Source of the DNA: a bacterium
Lineage (GTDB): Bacteria > Patescibacteriota > 4484-211 > GCA-002791395
Direction: 5' to 3'
Length of the DNA stretch: 60,940 nucleotides
Assembly (NCBI GenBank): GCA_027002475.1
Contig: JALWZS010000023.1
Coordinates: forward strand, 1 to 60,940
The translations under genes and the position numbers were made by a program. The notes beneath the pieces were generated by a model. That model made no database searches. It was not told the DNA's origin and saw only the letters and a list, made by a program, of their open reading frames with translations. This document shows positions 28,801 through 34,015 of the stretch, piece after piece. Within the stretch, counting starts at the first letter, position 1, and each line of letters opens with the position of its first letter.

Positions 28801-29070
28801 AGTCCCTGGGTCGTTTTGGTCGTCTGTTGCACTGCGGTACGCATTTGGGTCAGCTCCACCACTCCAATTTGTTTGAATAAAAGTGAACGTTAGAGCGTTG
28901 ATGAGTGATATGCCAATTAGCAAGACCGTTAATACAGAACCACCTGCTAGAAAGAGCTTTGCTTTTTTCCCAAACTTCGGGAGCTTTTTCAAGTTAAATG
29001 GAGTCGGGGTTGTAGATGGAGTTATTTCGCCAGGTAAAAGCTTTTTTCCGTTATTCATAAACATCTTCAT
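22819..29070 (-). CDS. giant membrane-anchored/secreted surface protein (2083 aa): N-terminal TM or signal anchor, Kelch-like beta-propeller blades, two jelly-roll-like modules, about 8-9 fibronectin-III domains
   Basis: An uninterrupted 6.25-kb ORF with N-terminal helix LFLAGGSVLTVLLIGISLINAL. There are many W/Y-containing ~50-aa blades (...FWKYDIATDTWS..., ...FWRYDIPTDTWTNY...). Fn3 units with Y(Y/F)(F/Y)(K/R)V strands lie at about 22900-25330. Confidence 0.9.
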   Translation of the reverse strand: MKMFMNNGKKLLPGEITPSTTPTPFNLKKLPKFGKKAKLFLAGGSVLTVLLIGISLINALTFTFIQTNWSGGADPNAYRSATDDQNDPGTWNRYSSQTNIDDSAGTSLVLAPDTATLTQTERADFEAGDFGPETPPHTRVMGEGTGGEVQLANQNPQDIDTWSEPSMQPFELNADSKMVKVGDEIYVILGDSSDLFYKYSITDNQWTQLTSPPELLRSGASMTYYDPDNVLYVLRGTDTTFWKYDIATDTWSAAPSPPRGTRNGGDMDYPGVGTEIFVVVGGNTNYFEKFDVSTGTWTDLSSSAPPPAVLGIGADIESPGSGNLLYVTQGGISSTNFWVFNRVTNKWNDASDGGQPSNLPEPPYSGSALVRTDNSDKLYYIPGDSNQSGSQGFYEYTISTDSWVAKGNTPDLVRDGAGAIFYNSQVYTLSKAGAASNEYSTRFWLYSESTDKWSTIAFLPPNVNVDLGGALVEVDDGNGYIYALRGGNTPDFYRFSIDANGGFGAWTKMADAPGNVYYGADLAYDDQVDPTGIYATQGNVGAGISSGFWRYDIPTDTWTNYTSPGEVGHGSALAFDSSTGYLYVTMGNGTTGFKRCQISSSPLSVCSAWDNTISSVNYPIDRGGDLAYVGGGTFYALQGNYTNRVLQYQVATDSWNVVATTPENTPVGEGAVLMYPGLDDYLYIYPGNNERTFWKFNYVLGNEWTNLTDSPGTPKSGSDMIFPGNAGLFLYSTHGGKTNTFWRYAFRANYYASGTFTSSVLDTTENIGFGQISWDEINSASTNITMKVRTSNDANMVGAPDWSTCSNVTQSSDISSNSCVTDGDRYIQYQATLTTSSSLETPRLQAVYIVYDHYSFNGELTGSAFNTEDPTNVVSAIIWDEDATLPAGTNIQFQIRTAPDNGGSPGAWGPFLGPTSSSDYYDDSAPGCSKNGTTVTCTGINSAQLDATDDQWFQYKMFMTSVGGNTPQLDEVRVQYVINTAPDVTITNVPEQSVNGVVEMVYNTSDAEESTLTNYFFIDVGAAISSDIPDSVSTSDITLSGTGVDQFPTGGGTIMIDKEMITYSSRTGNTLTGISRGANQTRPTSHSASTATWLMPLNGIDGSDDLGTLSTGSGYSVTWNVKDDLTDFYKSDAKVRIVSVDGNAANQVGYDDKTLVLDTKAPENLLLGVDSRLDRLTIAADDNSAMQMKISNNADLSFDGTNSDSGQWIAFAATKDWVMEADSNGIETVYIQFRDIYGNESAQISSSTPQVPEDLVTTDISYVYGNDYKVFVSWQKITEPAPGFAAYDLYMSTEGPDPSTDTYTLEATITDIAENFYVDTGLDVNTEYFYRVVARDLDGNVSNYNQNIGVQQGSSIEWDSGVTPGSGSGGSSPSAPVISNVSVDGVDLNSAVISWDTDKLANALVAYSTTPGVYTQQVGVTTMEYSHTVTLTDLEPANTYYFKVISYDATDNKAESIDDNTQNFTTGADTIAPTISNVDAIAGVSSAGIVWSTDESANSKVEYGLTDSYGNETTTTSDYVVGHSVTLTGLEPETHYFYRVISSDASGNTTTSQGYEFTTLAGEPGTDKDLTAPEISNIALSNVTPTGIDVTFTTSEPARGLIEYGTSTDYDRGDTSGNLDTFLTEHTISLHNLSPATTYHFKIYALDSAGNMGQTADDTFITQPEDVKEEMLPDGGTGGETPPVISSGAPVVQNITAVSADIIWSTNTPSTSTVVYRVEGSNAKPLVAGGGATFTNDHLVKLAGLAANTTYEFQVKSQDAQNDYIISPISTFRTTSMPGLSNVRVANLTFNSASIAWQTSIPTDSQIEYGTQTGVYDNILTDAFVGLTHQIEINNLATGGTYYFIVKGQSADGTLLSSDEYSFTTRSTPSIVNLDIANITPTSAQLNFETNILSTIAVQYKNTRTGDLGTKLGQGFGNKHTIALTDLSPNTTYSVVIKMTDQNNNTYDSDEYSFETADDHVGPVISLIETHANLNNDQSTVQAIISWNTNEESTAQVKYTETVGGKDYEFASEIDTDYGKDHIVILNDLKTSTAYQFVVISVDPSGNETISEPNVMLTPGKKVSIFELIFGSLEETFSWLKDI

Positions 29071-29104
29071 TTAACACACCACTTAAATGTAGTACTTATC
29101 ATTT

Positions 29105-29133
29105 AGTATAGTTGAATTTACGCCTACACTCAA
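29105..29133 (-). promoter_or_regulatory. promoter candidate for the 2083-aa/ABC operon (TTGAGT, 17 nt, TATACT)
   Basis: Minus strand reads TTGAGT gtaggcgtaaattcaac TATACT, about 35 nt upstream of ATG 29070, with GGTG as a weak SD. Confidence 0.5.
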
Positions 29134-29269
29134 GGATTAATGGTGTTTTAAGTCAAAAATAGATGGCGCTATAGAGCCTAAAAGTGACACACAAAAGAAT
29201 CGTCTCAGGAAAAACGCATACATCAACAGAATACGCGCGTGTAACAGGGAATTGAGGGTGCAACATACA

Positions 29270-29828
29270 CGATGCGGCGATCCCATCGATTGAGACTGCC
29301 ACGTTGGTTAATACCAACTCGCAGTGACAGAGAACTCAATACCACCGCGAATGTAAAAGTCAAAGCCCAAGAAACCAAACCATAAACAGAACAAACAAAT
29401 TAAACTTTTTAATTACAAAACTAGCGCTTAAGACATGAATCGCATCTTAGGTGTGTTTTTCTACCGACCAGACCTGTCACTGCGAGGAACGTAGTGACGA
29501 AGCAGTCCCAAACGATAGATTACTTCGCTATCGCTCGTAATGGACGCATACTTTGTATGCTTACAGGAGAAACGTAGTTTCTCCACCAACCACTCATCAT
29601 CGTGAGCCACAAAGTGACGCGGCAGTCTGACAGTTCGTCATTACGAAGGAATGAAATGACTGAAGTAATCCCAAACGATGGAGATTGCCACGCCTTCGGC
29701 TCGCAATGCCAGGAAAACCGAGACCGCTCATAATGACAAATCGGTCGATGGAGACTGCCACGAAATTTACTTGATAAATTCCGAGCAATGACGCGGGAAA
29801 TCGAAAATCCTCGTAATGGCGGGGAATC
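29270..29828. repeat. hairpin-repeat array R7
   Basis: About 9 core copies plus the double-hairpin module. It contains the left copy of the 105-nt inverted repeat. Confidence 0.85.
29382..29486 (+). repeat. left copy of a 105-nt inverted repeat (partner 36975-37079)
   Basis: 103/105 identical to the reverse complement of 36975-37079 by manual alignment. Weaker similarity extends to about 29355-29542. Confidence 0.85.
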
Positions 29829-29830
29829 GC

Positions 29831-30811
29831 TTATGGGATTGAGCCAACAGGCAAGCGAATTATTTGGTACGCGTGATAGTTTGGTCTGTCTACAGTCGGT
29901 AACACATAAGAAGAAACAAAAACGATATCACCCTGAACCAAGTTTTCTCGCGATATCGAATAAAAGTCATCTAAATCCCCCCACGCAACATACTTTGTAT
30001 TGGATTCTAAAATCACATGACTGCTTGTGTCTTGAAAGCCACGCCGCCTAATCGTAAAACCATCATCAGTAAAGCTCTTTATCTCAGCAACAAATGAATA
30101 TGGATAGTAGTCAATATTAAGATACTTCACTGTTAACTTGCCATTTTCTATCTGCTCACCAACGACAGCGTAATCAGTATGGTCTATTTGATCCCAAGAA
30201 ATCGGCACAACGCTACCACCAACCTGAAACCGCTTAACCAATGTGGCTTCTGGTAAAACATAGGCACTTTGCAGACCATTCGTAGTTGACAGTTTTATCG
30301 TTCTATCGTTATCTGCCTGCATAATTTCACCCATTATTAGCCTTTCACCAATATCTTTTCTACTTGAGTTAAAAAATGCAAACGGAACAGTTTTGATATC
30401 AACTATTTTGGTAGATAAATCTCTAAATTGGAAAATTGTTAAAGTGTGCAGTCCTTCGTCTATGGGCATATCAAAGTTAAATGCCCCTTTTTCGTCTGTT
30501 AATGTAAGATAGCTCTTCCTACCATCCAGCAAAACGATTCCCTTTTTCGACGACAACCTACCTGCTACTTCTGGCTTCTGTCCGACATAAATCGCACCAG
30601 GGAGCGGTGAAAACAACTCTATACCCGGCTTATCAGATTGTTGCGGTGGGGTGATAAAAAGATCTCGTTCTGCAAGTACAGTAGGTTCGTCTTTTCTTAA
30701 TAACTCTTCTAGATCCTGGCTACCATGAACCGTAAAATAATAAGCCACTCCGCCCACAATGCTTAACGTAATAACAAGCGCGACAAAAACTATAGCAATA
30801 ACCCTTTTCAT
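29831..30811 (-). CDS. hypothetical membrane-anchored extracytoplasmic protein (N-terminal TM, Ig-like domain)
   Basis: MKRVIAIVFVALVITLSIVGGVAYYF, then a beta-rich ectodomain (..GRKSYLTLTDEKGAFNFDMPIDEGLHTLTIF..). It lies 18 nt downstream of the 363-aa gene. Confidence 0.7.
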   Translation of the reverse strand: MKRVIAIVFVALVITLSIVGGVAYYFTVHGSQDLEELLRKDEPTVLAERDLFITPPQQSDKPGIELFSPLPGAIYVGQKPEVAGRLSSKKGIVLLDGRKSYLTLTDEKGAFNFDMPIDEGLHTLTIFQFRDLSTKIVDIKTVPFAFFNSSRKDIGERLIMGEIMQADNDRTIKLSTTNGLQSAYVLPEATLVKRFQVGGSVVPISWDQIDHTDYAVVGEQIENGKLTVKYLNIDYYPYSFVAEIKSFTDDGFTIRRRGFQDTSSHVILESNTKYVAWGDLDDFYSISRENLVQGDIVFVSSYVLPTVDRPNYHAYQIIRLPVGSIP

Positions 30812-30829
30812 TTCTATTTAAGACTTAAT

Positions 30830-31921
30830 TTAAAATACCCCATAAATCGTGTACGTAATCGTGTGGGTATATACACCTGCGCTTTGTGCCTTACCCACCT
30901 CTATTGCATAAACTACATTGGTTTGTTCTCCGCTTGTTACAGGACCAGGGTTATACGCAACTTCATAAGCGGTTGTATCAAAAGCCGCAAATGTGTCATC
31001 AGAAACAAACCGATTTACATTACCAGTTTTTAGCACTTCATCAGACGTGTGATAACCATAAGCCGAGCGAAGGATAGTAGTTGAGGGCCACGCACTAGGG
31101 GAAGCGTTGGTACCACTAACCGAGTCTATTTGATCTGACGAACTTGCCATAGCACTTTCTTGACGTACTGATACCTGATATCCAGAAACCGCATTAGTCG
31201 TAACCGTAATAGAGTTGGCTGCTTCCTGACGCGTATTAAACGGCAACTCCCCAAAAGAAACGCTTGATGACGTGGTCGTAACATCAGTTGTAATCCCCTC
31301 TAATGAAGAGCCACTAGAAATACCACCAATACTGGCTGTAATGCTCGGGCTAACTGTAGCAGCGGTTGCTTCAGGACCATATGGGCTTTCGGTAAAATCA
31401 CCATGCATCGCCTTAACTTTTATCTTATATGTAGTGTCGGGAGCTAAACCTGTTATGTACTCCCCAGAAGAACCGCCCCAATTTGCATAGGTTTGATAGT
31501 CCTCGGTGCCAAGGGTGTCGCCGATCGTGTTATCGCTTTGCACATACCGCGTGGTAGCCCAATTGTCGTCTGTTATTGCAATGGCGAAAGTGGTGTCGCT
31601 CGGGTTATTACTTACATTAATTGTGAAGTGCAGTTTGTTGTACCAGCTATCAGAGTTAACAAACGTTGGAGCCGATGGAACATTTGCTTGAATTGGGTAT
31701 ATGTCACCAGCGTTAAGATCGTAATTGGACGAAGAACCAACACCTTCATCGCCTTCTCCTACAACACCATATAAGGAGTTGTTTGTAGAGTCACTAGTTC
31801 CGCTAGCTCCCCCTAGTTTGTACCCTTTAAGCTGGTAATTACTACTAGCAGGAAATATAAAAAGTGACAAGAATGTTAGTACGAATAAAGACCGCATATG
31901 TTTACGCCAAGAGTTAACCAT
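30830..31921 (-). CDS. secreted protein with an Fn3 domain and a WxL-like C-terminal domain (363 aa)
   Basis: Signal peptide MRSLFVLTFLSLFIFPASS; the start could be 31921 or 31897. The Fn3 region is PSAPTF...GLAPDTTYKIKVKAMHG. Internal motifs are VSFGELPFNT and VSGYQVSVRQ. It ends AGVYTHTITYTIYGVF. Confidence 0.75.
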   Translation of the reverse strand: MVNSWRKHMRSLFVLTFLSLFIFPASSNYQLKGYKLGGASGTSDSTNNSLYGVVGEGDEGVGSSSNYDLNAGDIYPIQANVPSAPTFVNSDSWYNKLHFTINVSNNPSDTTFAIAITDDNWATTRYVQSDNTIGDTLGTEDYQTYANWGGSSGEYITGLAPDTTYKIKVKAMHGDFTESPYGPEATAATVSPSITASIGGISSGSSLEGITTDVTTTSSSVSFGELPFNTRQEAANSITVTTNAVSGYQVSVRQESAMASSSDQIDSVSGTNASPSAWPSTTILRSAYGYHTSDEVLKTGNVNRFVSDDTFAAFDTTAYEVAYNPGPVTSGEQTNVVYAIEVGKAQSAGVYTHTITYTIYGVF

Positions 31922-32094
31922 ATATGTATATTACAAGAACCACTAAAAAATCTAAAGCGAAGCAATAAAGTTTAAAAGACACACCACACCTAAGCTTTCA
32001 TAAATACACCTAGCATTAAGCCAAATTCACAGCTACTGTGCCCTAGATAGGTAATGCATTTCTACCTACTCTAGTATAAAATAAATGTAGCCCA

Positions 32095-32994
32095 ATGAGA
32101 TTAAAATACTTATTACTATTGCCCTTACTGTTACTTTTCATGTTTCAAGCGAATGTGTTCGCGCAAGAGTCCAAACAAACCGTTTTGGTATATCCAACAT
32201 CGCTCACCATAAACAGTATTAGCAACGACTCGATAGACAATGTCATAAGATACACAAACAAATTTGATATCCCAGTAAGTATCGACCTTACAATTGAGCC
32301 CATCACCGAGCCCCTAGGCAAAAACCGCGATATCATCAAAGAATGGATTAGCCTATCTGAGTCCAACTTTACGGTTGAAGCAAACTCTTTTAAAGACATA
32401 ACTATAACAATTAACGTACCCCAAAAAGCGGAAGTAGGACCGTATTTTTTTAAGGTGTTAGCAGATATCAGGGCTATTAATCCACCATCATCTAGAAATA
32501 CAATTTACATTGGCAATAAATTAACAACAAGCATCACGCTTCGCATCACAGGCAAACTCCTTGAGGACGCAAGCATCGAAAACATTACGGTCCCAAGCCT
32601 ATTTGGAGCCAAAGACAAGATTGATCTTACAATTATTAATCGAAGCAACGTTACCATAGTCCCCAATGGAGTGGTAACCCTACGCAACACACTAAACAAA
32701 CTCGATATACCTATAAAAGTCTCAGCCGAAACAATCGCCCCACAAAGTAGTAGCACTATTAGTGTTAAACTCCCCGAAGAATTGTTGTGGGGAAAGTATA
32801 ATGTCGATGTTCAGTTGCAGTACGGCTTAACACACAAATCTATGGACGCATCGGCTTCGTTTTACAATCTACCAATTGGTTCAATCGCCATTTCAATGCT
32901 ATCTGGCTCAATACTATTTACTATTCTGTATTTTGCAATTAGGCACCATGACAGAGTCAAACGAGCCTTATACGACTTATCACATGAAAACTAA
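32095..32994 (+). CDS. cell-surface protein with DUF916/DUF3324-like architecture, paralog 3
   Basis: Signal peptide MRLKYLLLLPLLLLFMFQANVFA. Motifs include WISLSESNFTVEANSFKDITITINVPQKAEVGPYFFKVLA and LWGKYNVDVQLQYG. The C-terminal helix is IAISMLSGSILFTILYFAI, followed by RHHDR. Confidence 0.7.
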   Translation: MRLKYLLLLPLLLLFMFQANVFAQESKQTVLVYPTSLTINSISNDSIDNVIRYTNKFDIPVSIDLTIEPITEPLGKNRDIIKEWISLSESNFTVEANSFKDITITINVPQKAEVGPYFFKVLADIRAINPPSSRNTIYIGNKLTTSITLRITGKLLEDASIENITVPSLFGAKDKIDLTIINRSNVTIVPNGVVTLRNTLNKLDIPIKVSAETIAPQSSSTISVKLPEELLWGKYNVDVQLQYGLTHKSMDASASFYNLPIGSIAISMLSGSILFTILYFAIRHHDRVKRALYDLSHEN

Positions 32995-33946
32995 TACAAA
33001 GGAGAAACCACAACACACAACTAGCAGGTGGCGGCGCGGCCTGACAGCAGTAATTGCGATGACATTAATCTTAGTTACAGGCAGGCTAATTGTCAGAGCG
33101 GTTGAACAAGTGACAATTACCGCATGGGTGCGAGATACAATTGTTGTATTTGATGGGCACACTTTCCCACTGGCTTATGTCCAAATTAAAGACGGAACAA
33201 CTGTTGTCGGAACAACTACTGCAGATGGTAATGGCGACTTCTACAAAGAAATAAAAGCTGTGTCTGGTGGAGTCCATACCTTCAATGTGACCTCAACAGA
33301 CGGAGATGGAACCGAAACAGGACCTGCTAGCTATACGATCGATGTCCCACCACAAACAACCACAACAATTAGCAATATACTCGTTCCCTCTACCTTATAC
33401 ATTGACGAAACCTCCTTACAAATCAATGACACATTTACGCCGCGAGGTTCTGCATATAAAGGAAGCACGATAGAAATATACGCTAATGGTAGCAAAATTG
33501 GAGAAGCGACAACAAGCTCAAATGGAACATGGAGTAAGAATCTAACAGCAAACTTTGGGGCGGGTACGTTTACTATTACCGTAATCGTTGTTAATGGAGG
33601 TAACCAAAGCGAGCCATCAAAGGGCATTAATATTAATGTAGCAACCGCACCAACTCCAACCCCAACAGTTACACCAACACCCAAACCTACTAGTACTCCA
33701 ACACCTACCCCCAAAACTACAACAACACCACAACCAACACCTACCCCAAAACCAACAGCAACACCAACGCCCACACCTAAATCATGTAGGAGGTCTGACC
33801 TTAACTGTGACACCAAGGTTAATTTAGTTGACTTTAGTATTTTGCTGTATCACTGGGGTACAAATCATGCAGTAGCTGACATCAACAAAGATGGTAATGT
33901 AAATCTAACTGACTTTAGTATTATGTTGTACGATTGGACAGGCTAA
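32984..33946 (+). CDS. membrane-anchored protein with two Ig-like domains, a Pro/Thr linker and a C-terminal dockerin-like module
   Basis: ATG at 32984 overlaps the upstream stop by 11 nt (ATG 32948 is also possible). The TM is GLTAVIAMTLILVTG and the linker is TPTPTVTPTPKPTSTPTPTPK... The duplicated Ca-loop motif is DLNCDTKVNLVDFSILLYHWG / DINKDGNVNLTDFSIMLYDW. Confidence 0.75.
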   Translation: MKTNTKEKPQHTTSRWRRGLTAVIAMTLILVTGRLIVRAVEQVTITAWVRDTIVVFDGHTFPLAYVQIKDGTTVVGTTTADGNGDFYKEIKAVSGGVHTFNVTSTDGDGTETGPASYTIDVPPQTTTTISNILVPSTLYIDETSLQINDTFTPRGSAYKGSTIEIYANGSKIGEATTSSNGTWSKNLTANFGAGTFTITVIVVNGGNQSEPSKGININVATAPTPTPTVTPTPKPTSTPTPTPKTTTTPQPTPTPKPTATPTPTPKSCRRSDLNCDTKVNLVDFSILLYHWGTNHAVADINKDGNVNLTDFSIMLYDWTG

Positions 33947-34015
33947 ATGCCCTGTTTGCTACGCAAAGTAGACTAGACATACGTGTCAAATGTTAATAGA
34001 ATAAAAGGAGTATAT

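Noticed and set aside
19633-29070. A type I secretion system exporting the giant protein.
   Set aside because: The ABC pair is the MacB/FtsX type (separate 4-TM permease with a large external loop), not a fused HlyB-type exporter. There is no membrane-fusion protein, outer-membrane factor, C39 peptidase or RTX/C-terminal secretion signal. Both giant proteins have N-terminal Sec-type signals.
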